Assembly (NCBI GenBank): GCA_963719145.1
Contig: CAVRAX010000004.1
Location: 11,629 to 75,628 of the forward strand
Direction of reading: 5' to 3'
DNA: 64,000 nt
Source: an uncultured Chloroflexia bacterium
GTDB taxonomy: Bacteria > Chloroflexota > Limnocylindria > Limnocylindrales > CSP1-4
The notes under the pieces are model-generated. The model was given only the letters and a program-made list of their open reading frames with translations. It had not been told where the DNA came from and searched no databases. Shown piece by piece: positions 42,580 through 52,500 of this stretch. Each line of letters starts with the position of its first letter. The stretch's first letter is position 1. A program made the translations under genes and the position numbers.

Positions 42580-44172
42580 CTAGGCCGTGGCGGTCCCGAT
42601 CCGCTCGATCCCGGCGAACACGGCCGCGTAGTCGTGCACGGTTCCCGTCGACGAGGTCCGAGTCGCCGACTCCGAGATGATCTGCGAGGCCACGGCCGAG
42701 ACGACCTGGCTGGCGCGTCCGATCCAGCGGGGGAGGAAGGCGGTTCCGGCAACGGTCCCCGCCGCGATCCCGCTCGTTGTCCGCCGCAGGAGGGCTTCGA
42801 TCTCGGGGCGCAGCCCGAGCGCCACGCCCCACACGAGGGCCTGGTCGGGTGTCTCGAGCCAGGCCAGCTTCGACGCGGTCACCGCGTCGTCGAGCGTTGC
42901 GGCGGAATCGAAGGTTGCCTTGAGCGTCCGGCGGTAGGCGGCCAGCTGGGCCTTCATGACCGCGCCTTCATGGGTCCGTGACGCCATGAACGGCGCGATG
43001 AACCATGTCGCCAGCCCGCCGGCTGCGATCCCCAGGCCCGCCCCGTAGATGAGCCCCAGCTGGTCGACGCCGGCGTCGGCCGTCAACAGCCCGACGATCA
43101 CCTCCGCGATCGCGAGGCCGTGCCACTTCCAGCGGGAGACGAACGAGAGGCCGGCGATCCAGCCCTTGCGCCGGGCGTAGTTCTCGACGAACGTCCCAAA
43201 CCCGAGCGGTGGGTGGAACCTGACCGCATCGTCGGCGCTGATGTACGCCTCACCGGCGCCGGTCCCCGTCGGCGGCGACCCGGCTCGGTCGGCCGACACA
43301 CCCTGCTCGTGGAGCCACGTTGTCAGGCTGTCCATCTCCTCGGGCGTGATGGTGTGACCGGTCGTGGCCTCGACCCGGCTCGCGAACGCCTGCGGATCGG
43401 CCAGGATGGCGCCCGGGTCCTTGAGCGCCTGGCGCACCAGCTCGATCATCGGAGCTCGGCCGGCGATCGAGCCGCGCAGTGTCTCGGGCACGGGCCTGCC
43501 CGCCCGGGTCAGCGCGGCGGCGACGGAGGCCTCCAGGTCCGGCGCATCGCCGGGGAGCGTCCCGCCACCCATCGTACCGAGGCCGTCCTGGGCGGTGTCG
43601 CCGGCCCCGGCGGTGAGGGCGCCGACGATGAAGCTCGAGAACTCGGACATCGCGGCGATGGCGGCGAGGCCCTCCCCGGTGCCGCCGAGCTGGCCCGATC
43701 TGCCGGCGGCGAAGGTCTTGAGGTTGGCGAGCAGCCAGGCCTCTCCCTCGCCGACCGGCCGGCGGCGGTTGAGCAGGATGCGGGGGTCGTCAGTGAGCCC
43801 GCCATGGATCTCGATCCCGACGTGGTGGGCTCCTCTCGCGTCAGGGGTCTCATCACGGAAAGCGATCTCGTCCCGACTGGCGAGATCGAACAGGCCGGCC
43901 ATGAAGGCCGTCGCCGCGTGCCCGCCGTCGACGATCGTCGCCGTCGCGGCCGTCATCCCTTCGGGGGGCGCGGGAAGGAGGATCGAGGGATCGTCCAGGT
44001 AGGAGGGGTCGCGCCCGCTCGAGCGCCAGCGCAGGAGCACCCAGCCGACGACCACCGCGAAAGCTGCCAGTCCACCAACGATCGCCTGCATCTCCACCTC
44101 CCAGCGGGCCCGCACCAGGAAGCTCCCCGTCGCGGGCCGACCCGCCCGGGAGTCGCCTCGCCGGCCAAGCAT
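42580..44172 (-). CDS. Polytopic membrane protein, DUF2207-like.
   Basis: N-terminal TM, a central soluble region, and a C-terminal TM cluster (…WLETPDQALVWGVALGL…). Its stop codon TAG is the CTAG target of IS element 2. The start may be the internal ATG at 44091. Family assignment is tentative. Confidence 0.5.
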   Translation of the reverse strand: MLGRRGDSRAGRPATGSFLVRARWEVEMQAIVGGLAAFAVVVGWVLLRWRSSGRDPSYLDDPSILLPAPPEGMTAATATIVDGGHAATAFMAGLFDLASRDEIAFRDETPDARGAHHVGIEIHGGLTDDPRILLNRRRPVGEGEAWLLANLKTFAAGRSGQLGGTGEGLAAIAAMSEFSSFIVGALTAGAGDTAQDGLGTMGGGTLPGDAPDLEASVAAALTRAGRPVPETLRGSIAGRAPMIELVRQALKDPGAILADPQAFASRVEATTGHTITPEEMDSLTTWLHEQGVSADRAGSPPTGTGAGEAYISADDAVRFHPPLGFGTFVENYARRKGWIAGLSFVSRWKWHGLAIAEVIVGLLTADAGVDQLGLIYGAGLGIAAGGLATWFIAPFMASRTHEGAVMKAQLAAYRRTLKATFDSAATLDDAVTASKLAWLETPDQALVWGVALGLRPEIEALLRRTTSGIAAGTVAGTAFLPRWIGRASQVVSAVASQIISESATRTSSTGTVHDYAAVFAGIERIGTATA

Positions 44173-44330
44173 GCCACTGCGATGGCTGCAGCGCGCCGCC
44201 GCGGATTGGCGGTGTCCCGCCGGGAACCGGGGAGATGAGCGAGGCTCGTCGGGCCGGCGGGACGGCGCTGTTTGGATTCGCTGGCGTGGAATTCAGAGGG
44301 CAGCGAATCGCGCGCGAGCGAATCTCGGGC

Positions 44331-45215
44331 TCAGGCACCACCTCCGGGCGGATCCGCCGCCGCGGGGGGCGGTACGAGCCCGCAGTCCGGCGTGGTGCAG
44401 AGCTCGAGGCCCAGCTCAGCCATGCCCTCGGCCAGCGGCGTGAAGCCCAGCCAGCCACCGAAGCTTCGACTCGTGACGCCGGCCGGGATGCCGCGGACGA
44501 GAACCGCGCCGCCCGAGTCACCGACGCCGACCTTGATGTCGGCCGCGACCATGCAGGGGAAGTACGCTCCGTCCCCGTCATTGAGATTCTCGCCCTTCTC
44601 GAGCACCTTCCCCTGGCGGTAGGTATTGCGACCGTCGATCTCGACGAGGTCGCCGATCTCGATGTCGGCGCAGGCGAGCGGTGTCGTGCCCGGCGGAATG
44701 GTCCGGTACCCGGCCGTTCCGAGATCGACGGCGTCCAGGTGCCCCCACGGGATGCGGTCCGCGGCGACGACCAGGTAGTTCAGGTCAGACGCCGCGCAGG
44801 TGTGCCCCGGATAGGGGCACGTGGCATCGCGGGCGGCGGGACCGAAGACACCGCGGACCGTGGTGCCGTCCGGGTCGTAGGCGACGGTGCCCTCGCTGGT
44901 GCAGTGACCGGTCGACGTCAGGACGATCTCGTTCGCGTGGCGCGCATAGAAGCCGCCCGCGCAGGCTCCCCACAGCTGCTGGCCGGCGAGGACCGGCGGG
45001 TCGAAGAAGGGAGTGGTTCGCTGCGGCTGCATCGCGCGCGCCACGGCGAGGGCGCCGGTCCACAGCAGGAGGACCACCAGCAGGGCGACGAGGAGCCGGA
45101 ACGGCCGAGCCCGCCGCCGCACGGCCGTCGCCGCGGGACTCAGCAGCGTCGCCTTGGAGCGGCGGCTCGGTCGCGTACCCATCGTCCGACGATCTCCGTT
45201 TCGCTGGTGCTGCAT
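44331..45215 (-). CDS. Trypsin-like S1-family serine protease (streptogrisin/alpha-lytic-like) with an N-terminal membrane anchor.
   Basis: Catalytic His region STGHCTSEG, catalytic Ser in GVGDSGGAVLV, and an N-terminal TM segment (LLVALLVVLLLW). Confidence 0.8.
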   Translation of the reverse strand: MQHQRNGDRRTMGTRPSRRSKATLLSPAATAVRRRARPFRLLVALLVVLLLWTGALAVARAMQPQRTTPFFDPPVLAGQQLWGACAGGFYARHANEIVLTSTGHCTSEGTVAYDPDGTTVRGVFGPAARDATCPYPGHTCAASDLNYLVVAADRIPWGHLDAVDLGTAGYRTIPPGTTPLACADIEIGDLVEIDGRNTYRQGKVLEKGENLNDGDGAYFPCMVAADIKVGVGDSGGAVLVRGIPAGVTSRSFGGWLGFTPLAEGMAELGLELCTTPDCGLVPPPAAADPPGGGA

Positions 45216-45387
45216 CGGTTCTTTGCCCCGATCGGGGCCCTCAACTGCCGCCCACTACCTTCTAGCGTTCCAAGCATCGTCCGCCAATGACCCGAAGGTC
45301 CCTCATTGCGGCGCGCGCCCGTGAGCAGACCGCCGCTCTCGACTGTGGGGCGCCCCCGCGGCCGAGGCATCCTCACAGACAGGCCGA

Positions 45388-45675
45388 ATGGCCCTATCGG
45401 AACGGCCGGATGGCGCAGGCTCACCGGAGCCCGGAGACACCCTCCCCCGCGCGGACCGGGTCAGGGAGGCCCGAACCAACGGCGCGAAGGCGAATCAGCG
45501 GGCGATCCTCGTCTCCACCCACTACCTGGGCTTGCCTGCGACCGAGATCGCGGGGCGACTCGGGATCCCCGTTGGAACGGCCAACTCCCGACTCCACTAC
45601 GCCCACCGGGCGATGCGCGCGGCCATCGAGGCCGACGAGCGTCCAGTCGCGATGGGCGGCGGGGGACTCCGATGA
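45388..45675 (+). pseudogene. Truncated ECF sigma factor retaining region 4 only.
   Basis: QRAILVSTHYLGLPATEIAGRLGIPVGTANSRLHYAHRAMR is a sigma-70 region 4 HTH. No region 2 is present in any frame upstream. Confidence 0.55.
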
Positions 45676-46301
45676 CCAGCCAGCGCCAGCTCGACGCCAT
45701 CCTCGACGCCTTCTTCGCCGAGGGCACGACCGAATTGGCCGACCGGGTCATCGAGGCCGCCCTCGACGAGATCGACAACACCAGCCAGCGACATGCCTTG
45801 CGCCTGCCGCGGAGGCTCCAGACCATGCCCCTGCTCACCCGCCTCGCCGCGGCCGCCGTCATCGGCGTCATCGCGGTCGGTGGTGCGCTCTACCTGTCGA
45901 GACCCAGCCAGACTGGCGTCGGCACGTCAAGCCCGACGCCCAGGGTGAGCGCCAGCCCCAGCGAACCAGCGCCAACACCGACGCCGCAGTCCGCACCGGA
46001 GGGCCCGATCGGCGTGGGGCGGCAGCTCCAGACGGCCACCCGGCTCACCTATGGTCGCGTCCTCCTTGCGGAACGTTACGCCCAAGGCGACGTGCCGCTC
46101 GCAGATGCCGCTCTCTACGACCCGGCGACGAACACGTTCAGCCCGACCGGCTCGCTCGGGACGGCTCGGAGCCTGCACACGGCGACCCTGCTCGTCGACG
46201 GTCGGGTCCTGATCACCGGCGGCAACGATGTCACCAGCCACGGGATCGCCTCGGCCGAGATCTACGACCCGGCGACCAGCATGTTCAGCCCGGCCGGTTA
46301 G
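45672..46301 (+). CDS. Membrane-anchored protein with Kelch-like repeats, sitting in the anti-sigma position. Probably truncated, with only ~2 propeller blades.
   Basis: The ATG overlaps the sigma-fragment stop. TM segment LAAAAVIGVIAVGGALYL. Kelch-like units (YDPATNTFSPTGSLGTARSLHTATLLVDGRVLITGG; YDPATSMFSPAG). The ORF ends abruptly. Confidence 0.45.
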   Translation: MTSQRQLDAILDAFFAEGTTELADRVIEAALDEIDNTSQRHALRLPRRLQTMPLLTRLAAAAVIGVIAVGGALYLSRPSQTGVGTSSPTPRVSASPSEPAPTPTPQSAPEGPIGVGRQLQTATRLTYGRVLLAERYAQGDVPLADAALYDPATNTFSPTGSLGTARSLHTATLLVDGRVLITGGNDVTSHGIASAEIYDPATSMFSPAG

Positions 46302-46431
46302 ATGGCCACCCCCTCGCGCTGGTCTCCGCTGGCGCCCTGCGACCCGGCCAGAGGGAGGTGAGGGTGGTCGCAAACGCCCCCAGAGCCATTCCACGCAGCC
46401 AACTTGGCGTCCCATTGGGGAATTTTGAACC

Positions 46432-46620
46432 ATGCCTTCTATCAAGAGACTGCTCGCGGTCATGGGCGCCATCGTCGCGCTCACGGCCCTCGTGCCGATC
46501 GCGTCGGCGGGCTCCTCCCACGACTTCCACCTCGACAAGACCTGCGCCGAGGATTCGTCCGAGACCCTCGGGTTCTTCTGCACCGTCGAGCACGACCGGC
46601 GTCTGCACCTGGAGCAGTGA
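46432..46620 (+). CDS. Small secreted protein (signal peptide plus a 2-Cys mature region). May continue in another frame to ~46750 through a frameshift.
   Basis: MPSIKRLLAVMGAIVALTALVPIASA|GSS…. The start context is locally AT-rich (ggaattttgaaccATG) with no RBS. A downstream out-of-frame segment has coding-like composition. Confidence 0.35.
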   Translation: MPSIKRLLAVMGAIVALTALVPIASAGSSHDFHLDKTCAEDSSETLGFFCTVEHDRRLHLEQ

Positions 46621-46879
46621 GGTCGACGCGCTCTGCGTCCTCAACGCCGGGAGCGGCCGCCTGACCCAGTTCAACCTCGCCGTCGTCGTCACCGCGTCTG
46701 CCGACCAGTCCGTGTGGTACCTGGGACGGGGCCTACTGGTTCGGCACCTAGCGCGGCCGCCTCGGCCAAACCTCGCGACTGAGTCAAGCCAAGGGCCGCG
46801 GGACGGTCGGAGCACCCACGGCCCCGTGGTCCTGACCCAGCCATGACACGTTCGGCCCTCGGAGGTCAGCTCAGCCTGT

Positions 46880-49054
46880 TCATCCTCCACCAGGTCGTGC
46901 TCGGCGACTTCTGGAGCGTCCCCTTGTCTTCCGCCCAGTTGTCGTCGCGTTCCATTCGACGTCGGCCATCGCGGCCCACTCGGCGGCAGGGGCCGGTTGG
47001 CCCAACAGGTGGCCCTGGCCGAAGGGCACCCCGAGCTTCCGTAGTATCGCGAGCTCCTCTTCGGTCTCGATGCCCTCGGCGATCACCTGGCTGGTCGACT
47101 CGCGGGCAAAGGCGAGAAGCCCGAGCACGAGGGCCCGCCTCATCAGGTCGGTCTCGATTCCGCGGACGATGACGAGATCGGTCTTCACGTAGTCCGGGTT
47201 CAGTTGCAGGATGTGGGCGAAGTTGGCGACGCCCGACCCGGCGTCATCCACCGCGACCAGCGCCCCGGGCGCGACGCTGCCGATCGCGTCGCGAACGGCG
47301 AGATAGTCCGCAATCTCGACATGCTCCGTCACCTCGAGGACGAGCGGACGTTCCGCCCCTGCGAGCACCGAGGCGAGCGGTCCAGGTGCCATCAGGAGGG
47401 TCGGCGAGACGTTGAGGCTGAGCCAGGCGCCCTGTGGCAATGACGCCGCTGCCGAGACCGCAGCGACGGTGGTCGCGAGCTCCAGTTCGGTTTCAAGCCC
47501 GGCGCTCCGAGCTTTGGCGAAGACGAGGTCGGGGCGAACGCCGGTCGCGAAACGTGAGAGGGCCTCGTACCCGACGTGGACATTGCTGTCCAGGTCGACG
47601 ATCGGCTGGAAGACCGGCCCGAACGCAGTCTCGCTGATGACTTGTTCGATCTCCACCTGCGCCAGACCCACCTCGGTCAGGTCCGTGATCGACGGCCCAA
47701 GGAGCGCGCCGGAAATGCCGGCGAACTCCAGGAGCGTCGGGAGGATCTCGGTGAGCCGGTGCTCGGCGCCCGCGTCCGCCGACATGATCTCCAGGACCCC
47801 AATGAGCCGATTGTTGTGGCGGAGCGGCGCCCCCGCCAAGGCCGTGACGCCCATCGTGGCGTACGCACGTTCGTACGGGTGCCACGGTCGGTGGATCCAA
47901 CTTTCCACCCAGGGGCCCTGGTTTGCCAGCTCCTGCAGGGTTTGACTTCGCCGGAGCGGAATTCGCCGTAGCGGAACAGGAGTGGCGTCGGCCCGGACGA
48001 GCGCCAGGGTCGTGGCTGGCCCCTGGACGCTGAAGTACATGAGCGTGGCGGCCTCCACCCCGCTAATGCGAACGACCTGCTGGCAGATCGCGTTCGCGGC
48101 GGCTGTCACGGACTCGACGATCGGCAAGCTCGCAAGCGCCGTCGCGATCTGGCTGCGCTCCCGCGCATCGCGAGCCCGCCCGTCCTCGGCGGCGCGCTCG
48201 CGGGTGACATCATGGTTGACCGCGACGTAGCCGCTGATGACCCCGTCCGCGCCGCGGATTGGTGAGATGGCAGCCTCCGTCTGGAAGAGACTGCCGTCCT
48301 TGCGCCGGTTCGTGATGTCACCCACGAACGTGGTCCCACTCGAAATGATCGCCCACATCGCCGCGTAGAACGCCGGGTCGTGCACGCCGCTCTTGAGGAT
48401 CCGGGGATTCAGGCCCAGCACCTCGTCGCGCGAGTACCCGGTGATGCGCTCGAAGGCGGCGTTCACGTACTCGATCGTCCCTGCGGCGTCGGTCATGACA
48501 ACGGCATCGGGCATCTGCTCGATCGGCGTGACGAGCCGGCGCAGGTCGCGTTGCTCGCGGCGCTGCGCGGTAACGTCGCGCAGGGTCCCAGTCCAACCGA
48601 TCTCACCGCCCTCATCGCGGGTCGGAGCGAACCTGACGTCGAGACGAATCGGCGTCCCGTCAGGGCCCCGGGCGTCGACTTCGTGCCTCCACGGCTCCCC
48701 GGCATCCTGTGCACGCGTGAGGTCATGGACCATCTCCGCATCGAGAAAGGCCGCCTCCACCTCGGACGCCTGACGGCCCGGGAGTTCGGACAGGATGAGG
48801 CCGACATAGGCTGCAAACGCCCTGTTGGCAGAGACGATTCGCCTCCCGCCGTCGCTGTTGACGACGCCGTCGGGGAAGGCGTCGATCAGGCGGGTCTTGA
48901 ACGGCGCGTCGCCGATGCGACGCTGGCTCTCGGGTGCACTGTCGTGGCCGCGTGGCACGGCGCCTGCAACTGGGTCGTCGCTGACGCCCGGCTGACGAGC
49001 ATCCCGCGACCTGCTCGTCGGACCAGTCCTGTCGCCGTGCCTGCCGTGAACCAT
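46880..49054 (-). CDS. PAS–PAS–GAF-like–EAL signalling protein (putative c-di-GMP phosphodiesterase).
   Basis: Two PAS folds (…TDAAGTIEYVNAAFERITGYSRDEVLG…). EAL-domain motifs are EALSRF, QPIVDL, DDAGSG (canonical DDFGTG) and EGIETEEE. No GGDEF domain. Confidence 0.85.
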   Translation of the reverse strand: MVHGRHGDRTGPTSRSRDARQPGVSDDPVAGAVPRGHDSAPESQRRIGDAPFKTRLIDAFPDGVVNSDGGRRIVSANRAFAAYVGLILSELPGRQASEVEAAFLDAEMVHDLTRAQDAGEPWRHEVDARGPDGTPIRLDVRFAPTRDEGGEIGWTGTLRDVTAQRREQRDLRRLVTPIEQMPDAVVMTDAAGTIEYVNAAFERITGYSRDEVLGLNPRILKSGVHDPAFYAAMWAIISSGTTFVGDITNRRKDGSLFQTEAAISPIRGADGVISGYVAVNHDVTRERAAEDGRARDARERSQIATALASLPIVESVTAAANAICQQVVRISGVEAATLMYFSVQGPATTLALVRADATPVPLRRIPLRRSQTLQELANQGPWVESWIHRPWHPYERAYATMGVTALAGAPLRHNNRLIGVLEIMSADAGAEHRLTEILPTLLEFAGISGALLGPSITDLTEVGLAQVEIEQVISETAFGPVFQPIVDLDSNVHVGYEALSRFATGVRPDLVFAKARSAGLETELELATTVAAVSAAASLPQGAWLSLNVSPTLLMAPGPLASVLAGAERPLVLEVTEHVEIADYLAVRDAIGSVAPGALVAVDDAGSGVANFAHILQLNPDYVKTDLVIVRGIETDLMRRALVLGLLAFARESTSQVIAEGIETEEELAILRKLGVPFGQGHLLGQPAPAAEWAAMADVEWNATTTGRKTRGRSRSRRARPGGG

Positions 49055-49535
49055 CTCCAGTCGCCTGACTTCGCCGCTGCCACGAGCGGGATTGGGAGAG
49101 CGAACGAACTGGTGCGCATTTTGGCGCCGCGGCGGATTCGTGGCAAGTATTGGTTGACCGCCGAGATGATCCCGGCGCGCAGCGGCGCCGCTCCGTTCCG
49201 CATCGAGGGTGAAGGGCGCCGCGGAGCGTTTGGGGCCGACTGGTGGGCTCGACGATCCTCGTTTCGGGCCGGCATCAGCGGTTCAGGTAGCTGATGACCC
49301 CTGTCGTGCCAGGCGATGGGCACTCAGCCTCGAGCGCGCTGATGGCCAGGCCAAGCCGACGGCGCAGCTCTCGCAGTTGCCCCGCTCCTGAGGCACCGAT
49401 GCCCATGCGCCGAGCGGCTGAGCCGACGAAGCCTTGCTCTTCTCCCTCACGATCGCCTCGATCGACAGCACGTCAGGCGATGGCGCTCCAAGCTGGCCGC
49501 CGCGTCTCAGGCGACAGCACTACCATTGACCTCCC

Positions 49536-52500
49536 GTGACCACGCTGACCGGCCGCGATTTCGTGCACCTCCACACCCACTCGGAGTTCAGTCTCCTCGA
49601 CGGATTGGGGCGGATCACGGACCTCGTTGACGAGGCCGGGGCCCAGGGCTTCGACAGCCTCGCGATCACCGATCACGGCGCGCTCTACGGCGCGGTCGCC
49701 TTCTACCAGGCGGCCCGCAACAAGGGCATCAAGCCGATCATCGGCGTCGAGACATATGTCGCCCGGCGGTCGATGACCGACAAGGAAGGCAAGGCCGACG
49801 CCCAACCCTTCCACCTCGTCCTCCTGGCGACGGACCTGGTCGGTTACCGGAATTTGTGCCGGCTCGTCACCGACGCTCACATCGACGGCTACTACTACAA
49901 GCCCCGAATCGACCGCGAGCACCTCGCCCGCCACAGCCAGGGACTCGTGGGCCTGTCGGCCTGCCTCAACGGCGAGGTCGCCCGGGCCCTCGAGGTGGAG
50001 GACTGGGACCTCGCCCGCTCGCTGGCAGGCGAGTATCGCGACATCCTCGGTGACGGCCGCTTCTTCCTCGAGCTCCAGGACCACGGCCTGCCGGAGCAGC
50101 GGCGGCTCAACGAGCAGCTCCTCCGCCTGGCCCCCGAGACCGGCCTGCCGCTCGTCGTGACCAACGACCTCCATTACGTCCACCGCCAGCAGGCGCCGGC
50201 CCACGATGTCCTGCTCTGCGTCGGGACGGGCAACAACCTCGACACGCCGGGCCGCCTGAAGTTCGAATCGGATGCCTTCTACCTGAAGTCCGCGGCCGAG
50301 ATGGCGGCGCTCTTTCCCGACCAGCGCGAGGCGCTCCTCAACAGCCGCGGGATCGCCGAGATGTGCGACGTCGAGCTGCCCCTGGGCCAGCTCCGGATCC
50401 CGCATTTCCCGGTGCCCGACGGAGAGACGGTGGAGTCGTGGCTCCGGGCGGAGTGCGAGCGCGGCCTGGCCTGGCGCTACGGAACCGTGACCCCGGAGCT
50501 CCAGGCGCGCCTCGACTACGAGCTGGGCGTGATCATCTCGATGGGCTACGCGGGCTACTTCCTCATCGTCGCCGACTTCACCCGGTTCGCCCGCGAGCAG
50601 GGCATCCAGACCACCTGCCGGGGCAGCGCGCCCGGCTCGATCGTCACCTACACCCTCGGCATCACTCCCGTCGACCCGATCGCCTGGGACCTGCCCTTCG
50701 AGCGATTCCTGAACCCGGACCGGGTGACGATGCCGGACATCGACGTCGACTTCCAGGACGACCGCCGGGACGAGGTCATCGCCTACGTCTCGCGGAAGTA
50801 CGGCCAGGATCACGTCGCCCAGATCATCACCTTCGGCACGATGCTGGCCCGGGCCGCGATCCGCGACGTGGGCCGGGTCCTCGGCCACAGCTATGGCGAC
50901 GTCGACCGCGTCGCCAAGGCCGTCCCGAACCAGCTCGGGATCCGCCTCGAGGAGGCCCTCGAGATCAGCCCGGCCCTCCGCGAGCAGGTCGAGGCCGACG
51001 AGGGCGTCAGGCGGATCATCGACTTCGCCCGACAGCTGGAGGGGGTATCCCGCAACGCCTCGACCCACGCCGCGGGCGTCGTGATCAGCCGCGAGCCGCT
51101 GACCGAGCTGATGCCGCTCCAGAAGGCGACGAACTCGGACTCGCTGATGACGCAGTACGAGATGCACGCGATCGAGGCCCTGGGCCTCCTGAAGTTCGAC
51201 TTCCTGGGCCTGTCGAACCTGACGATCCTCAAGAACGCGGTCGATCAGATCCGGGCCCACCGAAGCGTCGACATCGACCTCGATCGGATCCCCCTCGACG
51301 ACGCCGCCACGTTCGAGCTCCTCGCCTCGGGCGAGACGACCGGCATCTTCCAGCTCGAGTCGGCGGGCATGCGCCGCTACGTCCGCGACCTGCGCCCGAC
51401 CTCGGTCTTCGACCTCGCCGCGATGGTCGCCCTCTACCGGCCCGGCCCGATGGACAACATCCCGGCCTACATCCGCCGCAAGCACGGCCAGGAGGAGGTC
51501 ACCTACCTCCACCCCCTGCTCGAGCCATTCCTGGAACGAACCTACGGGATCTTCGTCTACCAGGAGGACATCATGGCCGCGGCCATCGCCCTCGGCGGCT
51601 TCACCGGTCCCGAGGCCGACACCCTGGGCTACGCGATTCGCAAGAAGAAGTCGTCGGTCCTGCGGGCCCAGAAGGAGAGGTTCGTCACCCAGGCGGCGGA
51701 GCGAGGCGTGCCGCCCCAGACGATCGACGCGGTCTTCAAGGCCTTCGAGCCGTTCGAGCGCTACGGCTTCAACAAGGCCCACGCCACCTGCTACGGCCTC
51801 ATCGCCTACCAGACGGCGTACCTCAAGGCCAACTACACCGTCGAGTACATGACGAGCGTCCTGTCGGCGTTCCGGAGCTCCGAGGAGAAGGTCGCGGCGG
51901 CGGTCGCCGAGTGCCGCCGGCTCGGCATCGAGGTCCGGCCGCCGGACATCCACCGGAGCCAGCTCGAGTTCACCGTCGAGGGCGACGCGATCCGGTTCGG
52001 GCTGCTGGCGGTGAAGAACGTCGGCCAGGGCGCGATCGAGTCGATCATCGAGACCCGCGAGGCCGACGGCACGTTCCGATCGCTGACCGACTTCTGCAGC
52101 CGGATCGACCTCCGGCTGGGCAACAAGAAGGTCCTCGAGTCGCTGGCCAAGGTCGGGGCCCTGAACACCTTCGGCCACCCGGCACAGATCCTCATGGGCC
52201 TGGACGAGGCCGTCGCCGCCGGGCAGGCCACCCAGCACGACCGGGTCACCGGCCAGGTCTCGCTCTTCGAGATGGGCGCCGACGATGCCGCGCTCTTCGA
52301 GCGGCCGCTGCCGCCCACGCCCGAGGCGCCCGTCCGCGAGCGTCTGCGCTGGGAGAAGGAGCTCCTCGGGCTGTACCTGTCAGAGCACCCGATGGGCGAG
52401 GTGGCCGACCGCGTCGGGGACTTCGTGACCGCCTACTCCGGGGATCTCAAGTCGGACGAGACGCTCGACGGCCAGCGGCTCGTCATCGGGGGCATCGTCG

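Noticed and set aside
49055-49535. Possible LexA (Cheo/SOS) box upstream of dnaE.
   Set aside because: The sequence CGAACGAACTGGTG lacks the GTTC half-site. No palindrome of the GAAC-N4-GTTC type is present.
49473-52238. 921-aa minus-strand ORF antisense to dnaE, and 902-aa plus-strand out-of-frame ORF 50363..53071.
   Set aside because: Both are shadow ORFs of dnaE with Arg/Gly/Pro-rich translations.
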